The notes beneath the pieces are model-generated. The model made no database searches and was not told the DNA's origin. It was given only the letters and a program-made list of their open reading frames with translations. From positions 1,259 to 65,258 of the forward strand of contig CAMCUY010000003.1 of the NCBI GenBank assembly GCA_945879075.1: a stretch of 64,000 nucleotides of DNA, read 5' to 3'. This stretch comes from Akkermansia muciniphila (GTDB taxonomy: Bacteria > Verrucomicrobiota > Verrucomicrobiia > Verrucomicrobiales > Akkermansiaceae). Made by a program: the position numbers and the translations under genes. Shown here piece after piece: positions 48,872 to 58,130 of the stretch (its first letter is position 1; every line of letters starts with the position of its first letter).

Positions 48872-49630
48872 TCAAGCCAGCGTGATCCCCACCGGACAAT
48901 GATCCGAGCCCGTGACGTGCGGCAGGATCTCCGCGTCTTTCACGCGGCTCATGAACGGCGAGGAAACGCCGAAGTAGTCGATCCTCCAGCCGACATTCCG
49001 CTCCCGCGCGCCGCCGCGGAAGGACCACCACGAGTAGGCGTCCTTCTTGTCCGGATAGAAATGGCGGAAGGTGTCGGTGAAGCCGGCGTCGAGCAGCCCG
49101 CCGAAGCCGGCCCGCTCCTCGTCGGAAAATCCCGCGGAAAAGCGGTTGTCCTTCGGCCGGGCGAGGTCGATTTCCTGATGGGCGACGTTGAGATCGCCGC
49201 AGAAAACGACGGGCTTGGTTTTCGCCAGTTCGGCGACATGGCGGCGGAACGCCTGGTCCCAGGTCATCCGATAGGGAAGCCGCCGGAGTCCGTCCTGCGA
49301 GTTCGGCGTGTAAACATTCACGAGGTGGAAGTCCGGATATTCCAGCGTGAGCACGCGGCCTTCCTGGTCATGCTCGTCGATGCCGAGGCCCGTCCGGAAA
49401 TCGATCGGCTTTTCGCGGGTGAACACCGCGACGCCGGAGTAACCGGGTTTTTGCGCGGAATCCCAGTAGCCATGATAGCCGCCGAGTTCCAACGGCAGCT
49501 GCACTTGCTCCGGCCGCGCCTTGGTTTCCTGCAGGCAGAGGATGTCCGGCTTTTCCGCCGTCACAAAATCTCCCAAGCCTTTGCCAATCGTGGCGCGGAT
49601 GCCGTTTACGTTCCATGAAATGAGTTTCAT
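48872..49630 (-). CDS. xth: Exodeoxyribonuclease III / AP endonuclease
   Basis: MKLISWNVNGIRA, LCLQETK, GDLNVAH, YSWWS, WRIDY, GSDHCP. Confidence 0.96.
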   Translation of the reverse strand: MKLISWNVNGIRATIGKGLGDFVTAEKPDILCLQETKARPEQVQLPLELGGYHGYWDSAQKPGYSGVAVFTREKPIDFRTGLGIDEHDQEGRVLTLEYPDFHLVNVYTPNSQDGLRRLPYRMTWDQAFRRHVAELAKTKPVVFCGDLNVAHQEIDLARPKDNRFSAGFSDEERAGFGGLLDAGFTDTFRHFYPDKKDAYSWWSFRGGARERNVGWRIDYFGVSSPFMSRVKDAEILPHVTGSDHCPVGITLA

Positions 49631-49648
49631 CGGCACGGAGTTTTCACC

Positions 49649-50626
49649 TCACACCAGCAACATGCAATCCCCGTAGCTGAAAAACCGGTACCGTTCTTCC
49701 ACGGCTTTACGATACGCTTCCATCACCAGCCCCTGTCCGGCGAACGCGCTCACCAGCATGATCAGCGTGCTTTGCGGCAGGTGGAAATTCGTCAGCAAGC
49801 CGCCGACCACGCCAAACTGATAGGGCGGATGGATGAAGATATCCGTCTCGCCGCGCTGCTCGCGGAGCGGCCTGCCAAGGGATTCAAGCACCCGCGTCAC
49901 CGTCGTGCCCACGGCGACGACGCGGCCGGCGGCGCTGACTCTTTCCGCAGTCTCCGCAGTCACCACGTAGCGCTCGGAGTGCATGATGTGGTCCGCGACG
50001 ACCTCCGCGCTGACCGGGCGGAAGGTGCCGACGCCGACGTGCAGCGTGAGGAAGGCATGCGGGATTTTTTCCAACAACTCCGGCGTGAAATGCAGCCCGG
50101 CGGTTGGCGCGGCGATGGCTCCCTCCTCGCGGGCGAACACGGTCTGATAGCGGTCGCGGTCGGCAGGATCGTCGTCGCGGCCCATGTAGTGCGGCAGGGC
50201 GAGGTGGCCGTGTTTTTCCAAATCAACGGGCGCATCCCAGCGGATGAGGCGGTCGCCATTTTCGAAGACTTCCGTCACGGTTCCGGTGATACCGCCGACG
50301 CTCACGCAGCGGCCGGGTTTCATGCGTTTTCCGGGCCTAACGAGGCAACGCCAGTCCAGCGGGGAAAGCCGGTCGAGGCAGAGCAACTCGGTGCGGCCGT
50401 CGTCCGAGAAGACCCGCGCGGGGATGACTTTGGTGTCGTTGAGCACGAGCAGATCATCCGGTCGCAGGTAGTCGGGGAAATCGCGGAACATGCGGTGCTC
50501 GATCTCGCCACTGTCCTTGTGGACGACCAACATCCGGGAAGCGGCGCGTTCGGCGAGCGGCCGCGCGGCGATCAATTCCTCGGGCAGGTGATAGTCGAAA
50601 TCTTTCGTCAGCAGCGGCATCGCCAA
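49649..50626 (-). CDS. queA: S-adenosylmethionine:tRNA ribosyltransferase-isomerase
   Basis: FDYHLPEELIA, NDTKVIPAR, YQTVFA, AAPTAGLHF, HVGVGTFRP, TNFHLP, RFFSYGD. Confidence 0.97.
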   Translation of the reverse strand: MAMPLLTKDFDYHLPEELIAARPLAERAASRMLVVHKDSGEIEHRMFRDFPDYLRPDDLLVLNDTKVIPARVFSDDGRTELLCLDRLSPLDWRCLVRPGKRMKPGRCVSVGGITGTVTEVFENGDRLIRWDAPVDLEKHGHLALPHYMGRDDDPADRDRYQTVFAREEGAIAAPTAGLHFTPELLEKIPHAFLTLHVGVGTFRPVSAEVVADHIMHSERYVVTAETAERVSAAGRVVAVGTTVTRVLESLGRPLREQRGETDIFIHPPYQFGVVGGLLTNFHLPQSTLIMLVSAFAGQGLVMEAYRKAVEERYRFFSYGDCMLLV

Positions 50627-50691
50627 TCCCTAGGCGACCCACCGCAAAGCCGCAAGGCAACAAGGGGATGGGATTTCTCGCCCCCTTGTTT

Positions 50692-51480
50692 TCAAACGCT
50701 GCAGATCTCCACCCCTTGGCGGAGGCTGGCGAGGGGGACTTTTCCCAGCGGGATGAACTCATGGCCGACATGGCCTTGGTACCCGGTATCCGCGATGGCG
50801 CGCATGATGGCGGGGTAGAAAAGTTCCTGCGCGGCGTCGATTTCATTCCGGCCGGGGCAGCCGCCGGTATGATAGTGGGTGAACCAGCGGTGGTTGTCGC
50901 GGATGGTGCGGATGACGTCGCCCTCCATGACCTGCATGTGATAGATGTCGTAGAGCAGGCCGAAATTCTCGCTGCCGAGCGTCTCGCAAAGTTTCACGCC
51001 CCAGGCGCTGCGGTCGCACTGGTAGTCCGGGTGGTCGATCTTGCTGTTGAGCAGCTCCATGACGAGGGTGAGGCCGAGTTCTTCGGCGAGCGGGAGCAGG
51101 CGGCGGAGGCCGGTGGCGCAGTTTTGAAGGCCTTCCTCGTCGGACAGGCCATCGCGGTTGCCGGAGAAAACGATGACGTTTTTCGCTCCGGCGGCGGCCG
51201 CCGCTTTCAGATGGGGCTGGTAGATTTCCACGAGCGTGTCGTGGTGCTCGATGCAGTTGAAGGCTTTTTCGATGAGCCCGACTTCGGCGCCATCGGGAGT
51301 TTTGCCGACGGGGAAGCTGATCATGGCACAGCTGAGGCCGTGTTTTTCCAAGACCGGCATGTCGTCGGGCATGACGAGTTCGATGGAGGAGATGCCGATA
51401 TCCTTGGCAGCGATGCAGAGATCTTCGAGCGGGATGCTGCCGTAACACCAGCGGCAGACGGAGTGATTGATGCGGGACAT
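50692..51480 (-). CDS. Hydroxypyruvate isomerase family TIM-barrel protein
   Basis: INHSVCRWC, VFSGNR, ELLNSKIDHPDY, LLYDIYHMQVMEGD, GRNEI, VGHEF; ATG at 51480. Confidence 0.88.
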   Translation of the reverse strand: MSRINHSVCRWCYGSIPLEDLCIAAKDIGISSIELVMPDDMPVLEKHGLSCAMISFPVGKTPDGAEVGLIEKAFNCIEHHDTLVEIYQPHLKAAAAAGAKNVIVFSGNRDGLSDEEGLQNCATGLRRLLPLAEELGLTLVMELLNSKIDHPDYQCDRSAWGVKLCETLGSENFGLLYDIYHMQVMEGDVIRTIRDNHRWFTHYHTGGCPGRNEIDAAQELFYPAIMRAIADTGYQGHVGHEFIPLGKVPLASLRQGVEICSV

Positions 51481-51498
51481 TTTTAGGGAAAATGAAGC

Positions 51499-51522
51499 AC
51501 AGGCAGGAATGCCTGTATCACG
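51499..51522. repeat. Short REP-like element, family 2, copy 2
   Basis: acaggca-ggaa-tgcctgt perfect hairpin followed by atcacg. Confidence 0.75.
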
Positions 51523-51523
51523 A

Positions 51524-51991
51524 TCAGCAGTTGAGGCGCTCCCGGAGTTCGGGCGTCCAGAGGCGGGCGACGATGCTTTCCTGCGCGGCTTCCATGGTGG
51601 CGCGCTCGGCGGCGTCCTCGTCTTCGTGGCCGGCGAGGTGGAGGAGGCCGTGGACCATGTAACGCAAAATTTCGCGGGCGAGCGGCTCGTCGTATTCGGC
51701 TGCCTGGCGCTCGGCGACTTCAGCCCCGATGACGATCTCGCCATGGTGGAAGGTGATCACGTCGGTGGGTCCTTCGATGTCCATGAAATCGCGATGGACC
51801 TGGTCGCTGGTGGCGTCGTCCACCATGGCAATTTCCAGAGTGGCGAGATGAAACAACGGGGATTCGTCCTCGGCGGCGTTTTCCAAGGCGAGGCGGGCGG
51901 CTTCGTGGGCGACGCTTTCGAGGGCGGTGAGCCAGCTTTCCGGAATTTCGGTGGCTTCCTGATTGTTGCCGATGATGACTTCGAGCGACAT
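51524..51991 (-). CDS. ybeY: rRNA maturation endoribonuclease YbeY
   Basis: PTDVITF, GEIVIG, HGLLHLAGHED. Confidence 0.93.
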   Translation of the reverse strand: MSLEVIIGNNQEATEIPESWLTALESVAHEAARLALENAAEDESPLFHLATLEIAMVDDATSDQVHRDFMDIEGPTDVITFHHGEIVIGAEVAERQAAEYDEPLAREILRYMVHGLLHLAGHEDEDAAERATMEAAQESIVARLWTPELRERLNC

Positions 51992-52011
51992 GGCGGTGCG
52001 GGGTTGGAGAA

Positions 52012-53658
52012 TCAGGCGCGCTTGGGCATGGGGATGACGCGGCCGTCCTGGGTGGCGTCGCTGGACGGGCGCTTGGTGGTGGCGGTGGTGGCGTCGTCCT
52101 TCGGGTAGTCGATACGGCTGTGAAGCATACTGCGGAGAGTACCGGTGAAGCTTTCCTTGACGATGGCGAGGTCGCGGAGGGTGAGCGGGCAGTCGTCGAG
52201 CTGGCCGTCGTTGATCTTGGCGTTGACGAGGTCATCGACCATGGCGCGGATTTTGGTGGGGCTGGGTTTTTTGAGCGACCGCGAGGCGCTCTCGACGGTG
52301 TCGGCGAGGGCAATGATGCCGCTCTCGCGCGAGCTCGGACGGGGGCCGGGGTAGCGGAAATTTTTCTCATCCACGGCGGGCAGGTCCTCGGGATTTTCGA
52401 GGCGCCGATCGACTTTTTCCATCTCGGCCTTCTTCTGTTCCTGGGCGCGGCGGTAGAAATAATAGACCAGCGAATCGCCGTGGTGTTCCTGGATGACGTC
52501 GATGATCCGGGGGTTGAGCTTGTGCTTCACGGCCAGATCAACGCCGTCCTTGACGTGGGCGACGATGATCAGCGAACTCATCGTGGGAGTGAGCGCGTCG
52601 TGGGGATTTTCCCCGCCGTCGTGCTGGTTTTCGATGAAATAGCCGGGCTTCTTGAGTTTTCCCACATCGTGAAAATAGGAACAAACGCGGCACATCGGGG
52701 CGTTGGCGCCGATTTTCTCGGCGGCGGCTTCCGACAAGGCGGCGACGACGAGACTATGGTGGAAGGTGCCGGGCACTTCGAGCTGCATCTGGCGGAGCAA
52801 CTTGTGATTCAAATCGCTGAGTTCCAGCCAGCTGATGTCGGTGGTGAGGTGGAAAGCACCTTCAAACAGCGGAAGCAGTCCGCTGATGAGCAGCGCGGTC
52901 ACGACGGCGGTGCCGAACGCGGTGGCGCTGCCGGAGCCGAGAAGTTGCAGGTGTCCCATCGAATCCGGCCCGAAAATCGCGGGGACGTCCAAGCGCCCGA
53001 GAACCATGCCGATGACCAAGGTGACCGCTCCGACGTAGATGCCTGCTTGCAGGAGTTGGAGCCGCTTGCGGACTTGATAGGCGAGCAAGACGCTGGTCAT
53101 GCCGCAGACCAGACTGAGGATCATGTATGGAAGAACCTCGCCTCGTGGAACGAGCAGACAGCCGATCAAGGTGACATAGACGACGGAAAACGAAGCAACC
53201 GCGCGGCCGAGCAGCACGCCGTGGAGCATGGGCGCGAGGGCGAATGGCACGGCGAAAAAGCGGAAGATTTCCGGGATCGAGCCGACATCGACCAAGCTCA
53301 TCACCGCGCGGACCATCAACAGGTGGCCGACCAAGCCTCCGAGCACGAGGACAACGCGACTGTTGCGGCGGCAACGGTCTTGCAAGCTGACTTGAAACAT
53401 CACGATGGCCGTGACGGCGATGATGAATCCGCAGGACGCACCCTTGAAAGGATCTGCGGCGAAGGCCGTGCCGACGGACGATTTGAGAACGAGCACGGCA
53501 CTGCCGACCGCGAAGACGGCGTAGAGCGCGAGCTTGACCCAAAAGCTATCCTCCAGCGCCTGAATGACCGGATTTTCGCTGTGCACCCGGCGCTTTTTCC
53601 CCGACGAAAGTCCCTCTCGGGTCAAGCGCCAGCGTTTAATGGCATCCAAAAATCCCAC
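52012..53658 (-). CDS. 7TM-HD (HDIG) phosphohydrolase, PgpH-like
   Basis: Several TM helices, then PGTFHHS, YFHDVGK, HVKDG, EHHG, LADTVE; GTG start at 53658; next to ybeY. Confidence 0.88.
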   Translation of the reverse strand: MGFLDAIKRWRLTREGLSSGKKRRVHSENPVIQALEDSFWVKLALYAVFAVGSAVLVLKSSVGTAFAADPFKGASCGFIIAVTAIVMFQVSLQDRCRRNSRVVLVLGGLVGHLLMVRAVMSLVDVGSIPEIFRFFAVPFALAPMLHGVLLGRAVASFSVVYVTLIGCLLVPRGEVLPYMILSLVCGMTSVLLAYQVRKRLQLLQAGIYVGAVTLVIGMVLGRLDVPAIFGPDSMGHLQLLGSGSATAFGTAVVTALLISGLLPLFEGAFHLTTDISWLELSDLNHKLLRQMQLEVPGTFHHSLVVAALSEAAAEKIGANAPMCRVCSYFHDVGKLKKPGYFIENQHDGGENPHDALTPTMSSLIIVAHVKDGVDLAVKHKLNPRIIDVIQEHHGDSLVYYFYRRAQEQKKAEMEKVDRRLENPEDLPAVDEKNFRYPGPRPSSRESGIIALADTVESASRSLKKPSPTKIRAMVDDLVNAKINDGQLDDCPLTLRDLAIVKESFTGTLRSMLHSRIDYPKDDATTATTKRPSSDATQDGRVIPMPKRA

Positions 53659-53823
53659 TGCGGTGTCGTATTCGGTTGGTCGCAAGAGCACCAAGGGTGG
53701 TGGCCTGCGGGGGAGGTGAACCTAAGCGCGCTCAGGGCTGTTGGCAATCCGCAAATCCTGTGTGTGCGCAGGTTGATTTTTGCAGTTTCCGCAGGCGAAT
53801 CTGGGCCTTAACCTCGACGGGTG

Positions 53824-54774
53824 ATGAAGAACTCGGGAGGAATGCTGGTGGCTGCGCCGGAGCGCTGGGACGAGGCGTGTTTCGCCGTGCCGGCGCTGCG
53901 TGCGCTGGTGGCTTCGGGCTTGGGCGCGGGGGTGCTTTGCACGGCGGGGCAGCGGGAATTTTGGGAAACCGTGGAAGGGCTCACGGTGATCGATTTTCCC
54001 GTGAAGGCGAGGGCGAGGGGCGTGGCGGCGGGGATTTCAGGAAATTGGGAGGCGTCGCTGGCGTGGGAATCCGGCTTGGCGGCGGAGGCTTTCAATATCG
54101 CGGCGATCCCGCGTCGGCTTGGCGCGGACGATCGGAAATTGGCCAAACTGCTGACGCATCCGCTCGGATTCGCAGCGGAGCCACTGGAACACCGGGTGCG
54201 GCATTATCTGGCGGCGGTGGAGGCAGTGGGGATCGAGACCGGGCGGGCGGAGTTTTTCTTGCCAGCCGCGCTGGGTATCAAGCCGGCGCCGCAATCGGTG
54301 TTGCTTTGCCCGGATTCGGATTTCGGGCCGGGCCACGAATGGCCGGTCGAGCGGTGGGTGGAAATCGGGCGAAAGTTGATTGAAAGCGGAAGACGCGTCA
54401 CGGTCACCAGCGTGGACAGCGGGCGGGGACGAGGGGGGGGGGTAGCGCAGAATCTCGGTGAACACGTCGAGTTTTTCCATGCCTCGCCACTTGCCGGGAC
54501 TTTGCCGTTGCTGGCGGTCCACGGCTTGGTCGTCGCCGCGGACGGCTCACTGCCCCATCTGGCCGCACACGCCGGAGCAACCTGTGTCACGCTCTTCGGC
54601 CCGAACGATCCGGCGTGGAAACGCCCGCTCGGTCGCCGCCATTCCGTGGTCCGGCGGCACGTGGAATGCGCGCCGTGCTTGCTGGCAAAATGTCCGCTCG
54701 ACCTGCGCTGCCAGCACGAGCTGGAAACCGACCGCGTCTGGCAAGCAGTCCGTGAAAAGCTGGATCTAGCTTGA
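53824..54774 (+). CDS. Glycosyltransferase family 9 (heptosyltransferase-like, divergent)
   Basis: LCPDSDFGPGHEWP, VAADGSLPHLAAHAGATCVTLFGPNDP, CAPCLLAKCP. Confidence 0.8.
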   Translation: MKNSGGMLVAAPERWDEACFAVPALRALVASGLGAGVLCTAGQREFWETVEGLTVIDFPVKARARGVAAGISGNWEASLAWESGLAAEAFNIAAIPRRLGADDRKLAKLLTHPLGFAAEPLEHRVRHYLAAVEAVGIETGRAEFFLPAALGIKPAPQSVLLCPDSDFGPGHEWPVERWVEIGRKLIESGRRVTVTSVDSGRGRGGGVAQNLGEHVEFFHASPLAGTLPLLAVHGLVVAADGSLPHLAAHAGATCVTLFGPNDPAWKRPLGRRHSVVRRHVECAPCLLAKCPLDLRCQHELETDRVWQAVREKLDLA

Positions 54775-54808
54775 TTCGCTTTTCCCCGGCTCCAGTAACA
54801 GCAACGCC

Positions 54809-55150
54809 GAAATCGCCTCGCGCGGCGAAAAAGCCCTCGTCTTCACCCAGTTCCGCGAACTCACCGATCCGCTGGAATCCTGCCTCGCCACCGTCTTCCG
54901 CCGACGCGGCCTCGTCCTCCACGCTCCACGGCGGCAATCCCGTCAAGAAGCGCCGGATCATGGCCCAGAAATTCCTGCGCGATGACTGCCCGCCCTCCTT
55001 CGTCGTTTCGCTCAAGGCCGGCGGCACCGGCCTCACTCTAACCGCCGCCACCATCCTAACCGGCGGAGCCGAAAAATTCCCCCACCGAGATGAACAACGC
55101 CCCCCCGACTTCATCCGCTTCGACCTCCAAACTGCTTCAACGTCAGCCGT
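54809..55150 (+). pseudogene. SNF2-family helicase C-terminal remnant with frameshift and internal deletion
   Basis: GEKALVFTQFRELTDPL...GLVLH, 7-nt duplication ctccacg (54917-54930), GGNPVKKR...SLKAGGTGLTLTAA, then ILTGGAEK..TEMNN..DFIRFDL. Confidence 0.85.
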
Positions 55151-55316
55151 TGGCGGGAACCGATTGCGCTGGCCGCTTGAATCCGCCGGTCTTAAAGTCG
55201 AAGGTCACAGAGAAAGAGTTGCCGCAACGGCTTCTGCTCTTCTCCACGTCTTTCAGACCTTCCGACGCCGCAGGCTCTTCCTCTTCTCTACGACTTTCGG
55301 ACCGCCAGGCGATTCA

Positions 55317-55544
55317 TCAGAAGAACTCCATCGTCCGCTTGACGCGGGCTGGCGGCAACTGACGCGAGTCGCTTTCGAAAATGACCTCCCATTCGTCGAT
55401 CACCTTTTGCAGCTCTCGCGCCACCTTGAGGGGATCGTCGCCGTGGACGCCTCCGAGGAACAAATCCGGGCAGCGGCCGATGTAGGTTTGATCCTCCTCC
55501 GACCAAGCCACCCAACGAAGGTAGATGTCTGTTTTGCGTCTCAT
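55317..55544 (-). CDS. HicB-like antitoxin family protein (orphan)
   Basis: YLRWVAWSEEDQTYIGRCPDLFLGGVHGDD...LQKVIDEW, HicB N-terminal fold pattern; 75 aa. Confidence 0.7.
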   Translation of the reverse strand: MRRKTDIYLRWVAWSEEDQTYIGRCPDLFLGGVHGDDPLKVARELQKVIDEWEVIFESDSRQLPPARVKRTMEFF

Positions 55545-55751
55545 TGGCCTTTCGCTCTCCTGATGGCGAATAGCAGGTACTTTGAGCGGCGGGTCACGCC
55601 GAGGATCGTGCGCCCGTCCAGATCCGCGATGTCCGGGGAAATCGGTTGGCGCAGATCGTAGCGGCGGATGATCAGTTCGGCGATTTTGACACCTGCGACG
55701 TGCGGCTCGATGCCGCGGCAACCCCTTTTTCCTCACCTCCGGTCCGGCCAC
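55541..55751 (-). pseudogene. mutM: 5' remnant of formamidopyrimidine-DNA glycosylase (MutM/Fpg)
   Basis: RGIEPHVAGVKIAELIIRRYDLRQPI..DLDGRTILGVTRRSKYLLF then stop; PEV motif in a shifted frame upstream. Confidence 0.75.
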
Positions 55752-55816
55752 CGGCTCGTTCTAGAGCCTTCACCCCAAAAGCAATTCCTTAGCCATATCC
55801 GAACCGTTGGGTCGGT

Positions 55817-56278
55817 TGGCTTTCCGGCAAGTCGATCATGGGCGCGCTGCCCGATGGCTGGCTCGGCGTGGAGATCGCAAAGAAGACACTCGGCTACCGC
55901 GAAAGCACGGGCGACCGGTTCGCGATGCTGCTGCCAGTGCCACTGATTCTCGGGCGGATCGGCTGCCTGTCGGCCGGGTGTTGCGGCGGGATCGTGTATG
56001 CGTTCGGCACTTGGCCGTCGGTGCCGGTGGAGATCGGATTTCAGCTCGTGGCGATGATTGCCCTGTGGCGGATGCGGCGGAAGCATTGGCAACCGGGCCA
56101 GCATTTCCACCTCTACCTCATCGGCTACGGCTTGTTCCGCTTCGGCCATGAATTCCTCCGCGCCACGCCGAAGCCGTTCCTCGGCTTGTCAGGCTATCAG
56201 CTCCTAGGACTGGCGACGGCACTTGCGGCCACGCTCGCCTATCAGCGCCGCGCGCTTGGAGAAAAACCATCCGCTTAG
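55817..56278 (+). pseudogene. 5'-truncated prolipoprotein diacylglyceryl transferase (Lgt)-like gene
   Basis: GKSIMGAL..GWLGVEIAKK..STGD..GRIGCLSAGCCG..YGLFRFGHEFLR; in-frame TAG at 55790-55792 upstream. Confidence 0.7.
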
Positions 56279-56307
56279 AAAAAACGCCCGGACTTGCGTC
56301 CGGGCGT
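56279..56307 (-). terminator. Rho-independent terminator of the rpsM-K-D operon
   Basis: Minus strand: acgcccggac-GCAA-gtccgggcgt followed by a T run. Confidence 0.85.
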
Positions 56308-56339
56308 CTTGTGAAAACTTCTTTCGGAACGAACCGAAA

Positions 56340-56951
56340 TCAGCGGGAGTAAAGCTCGACGATGAGCTGCTCGTTGACGAGCGGATCGATGTCTTCGCGA
56401 TCCGGAATGCGGGAAACCGTGGCTTCGAGCTTGTCCTTGTCCACTGTGAGCCAGTCCTTGACGGACATGGCCTGCGTGAGGTCGGTCATGCGGTTCACGA
56501 GTTGTTGCGAGGAAGGACGGGCACCGACTTTGATCACGTCGCCCGGTTTCACTTGGAAGCTGGCGATGTCAACGGTGCGGCCATTCACAAGGATGTGACC
56601 GTGGTTGACGGCTTGACGCGCGGCCTGGCGGCTGTTGCCGAAACCAGCGCGGTAAACCACGTTGTCGAGACGGCACTCGAGGAGTTGGAGAAGGATCACA
56701 CCGGTGATGCCACGGCGGCGGGAAGCTTCTTCGTAGTAACCGCGGAATTGCTTTTCGAGCACACCGTATTGGAAACGAAGCTTCTGCTTTTCGCCGAGGG
56801 CGACGGAGTATTCACTCTTCTTCTTACGACCGGCACGGACGCCGTGCTGGCCGGGTGGGAAGTTGCGGCGTTCAAATGCCTTGGAAGGGCCAAAGAGAGA
56901 GACACCGAAACGGCGGCTGATCTTTGCGCGTGGACCTGTATAACGTGCCAT
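56340..56951 (-). CDS. rpsD: 30S ribosomal protein S4
   Basis: MARYTGP, PPGQHG, EKQKLRFQYG, LECRLDNVVYRAG, ELYSR. Confidence 0.98.
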   Translation of the reverse strand: MARYTGPRAKISRRFGVSLFGPSKAFERRNFPPGQHGVRAGRKKKSEYSVALGEKQKLRFQYGVLEKQFRGYYEEASRRRGITGVILLQLLECRLDNVVYRAGFGNSRQAARQAVNHGHILVNGRTVDIASFQVKPGDVIKVGARPSSQQLVNRMTDLTQAMSVKDWLTVDKDKLEATVSRIPDREDIDPLVNEQLIVELYSR

Positions 56952-56975
56952 ATAAGAATTTCTAAAAAGGTTGGA

Positions 56976-57530
56976 TTAGACGCGGCGGGCCTTTTTAGGG
57001 CGGCAACCGTTGTGAGGGATCGGAGTCACGTCGCGGATCGAGAGAATTTCAAGACCGAGACCCTGGACGGCGCGCACAGCGGATTCCCGGCCGGAGCCTG
57101 GACCCTTCACGCGGACATCCACTTCCTTGAGACCGTGTCCCATGGCTTGGCGGCAGGCGTCTTGCGAAACCACTTGCGCGGCGTAAGCCGTGCTCTTGCG
57201 GGAACCCTTGAAGCCCATCTTGCCGGCGCTCGACCAACCAATGGCATTGCCACTTGGATCCGTCACGCTGACGAGGGTGTTGTTGAAAGTCGCAGTCACG
57301 TGAACAATGCCGCGGGTGACATTCTTCGAGCCTTTGGCTTTGTGAATCTTGATTTCCTCTTCGCCTCCGCCGATTTCGGCGAAGATGTCGCGCTTGACGT
57401 CCTTTTTCGGTGCCTCTCCAATTGGAGTGGAGGCGGCCGCTTCAGGAGCAGGAGTGGTGGCGGGTGCTGGAGCTGCTACGGGCTCAACCGCCGGAATTTC
57501 GGCGGAATTTTGGTTGGTTTCTTCAGACAT
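56976..57530 (-). CDS. rpsK: 30S ribosomal protein S11 with acidic/Pro-Ala N-terminal extension
   Basis: [44 protein letters not shown]. Confidence 0.98.
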   Translation of the reverse strand: MSEETNQNSAEIPAVEPVAAPAPATTPAPEAAASTPIGEAPKKDVKRDIFAEIGGGEEEIKIHKAKGSKNVTRGIVHVTATFNNTLVSVTDPSGNAIGWSSAGKMGFKGSRKSTAYAAQVVSQDACRQAMGHGLKEVDVRVKGPGSGRESAVRAVQGLGLEILSIRDVTPIPHNGCRPKKARRV

Positions 57531-57542
57531 GATTACAAAAAA

Positions 57543-57911
57543 TTACTTCTTCACGCCGACCGTCTTCTTCTTGCCCTTGCGGGTGCGGGCGTTGGTGCGG
57601 GTGCGCTGGCCACGGACGGGCAATCCACGCTTGTGGCGGATGCCACGATAGCAGTTGATGGATGTCAGACGCTTGAGCTGGGATTGGCGCTCACGGCGAA
57701 GGTCGCCTTCGACGATGATCGACTCGGACGTGATCACCTGCGCGATGCGGACCAATTGGTCCTCGCTGAGCTGTCCGGTGCGGATGTTGGGGTCGACTCC
57801 TGCGTGCTCGAGGATCTTGGCCGCCGTAGGGCGACCGATGCCAAACATGTAGGGCAGAGAAGCTTCGATGCGCTTCTCATTGGGAATTTCAATGCCTAGG
57901 ATACGTGCCAT
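57543..57911 (-). CDS. rpsM: 30S ribosomal protein S13
   Basis: [39 protein letters not shown]. Confidence 0.98.
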   Translation of the reverse strand: MARILGIEIPNEKRIEASLPYMFGIGRPTAAKILEHAGVDPNIRTGQLSEDQLVRIAQVITSESIIVEGDLRRERQSQLKRLTSINCYRGIRHKRGLPVRGQRTRTNARTRKGKKKTVGVKK

Positions 57912-57978
57912 GATGTGCGTGATTTCGCGTGACCACGTGAGAACGTCCAGACTGCTCTGGCGGCTCCGCGGGGCGGGT

Positions 57979-58006
57979 GATTTAGCAGACCGCCGGGGGC
58001 TGGCAA
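57979..58006 (-). promoter_or_regulatory. Putative promoter of rpsM-K-D
   Basis: TTGCCA-16 nt-TAAATC with TGn extended -10 on the minus strand. Confidence 0.4.
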
Positions 58007-58081
58007 GCGGGAAATGGAAAATTTCTCGGTTTTACTCCAAAGCGGCGTGGCGGCGATCACCGGTCGCCGCGAGATCCTTTC

Positions 58082-58109
58082 TGGACAAAGCCAAGGCAGC
58101 TCTTAGTTT
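58082..58109 (+). promoter_or_regulatory. Putative promoter of the MoxR operon
   Basis: TGGACA-16 nt-TAGTTT. Confidence 0.4.
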
Positions 58110-58130
58110 TCACGCACTTACATTGCACCC

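Noticed and set aside
50659-50690. aacaagggg/ccccttgtt inverted repeat after the hydroxypyruvate isomerase-like gene
   Set aside because: Plausible hairpin but an irregular inner stem and a weak U tract; not listed as a terminator.
54771-55661. 296-aa plus-strand ORF as a real gene
   Set aside because: It strings together part of the SNF2 relic and antisense of the HicB-like and mutM sequences.
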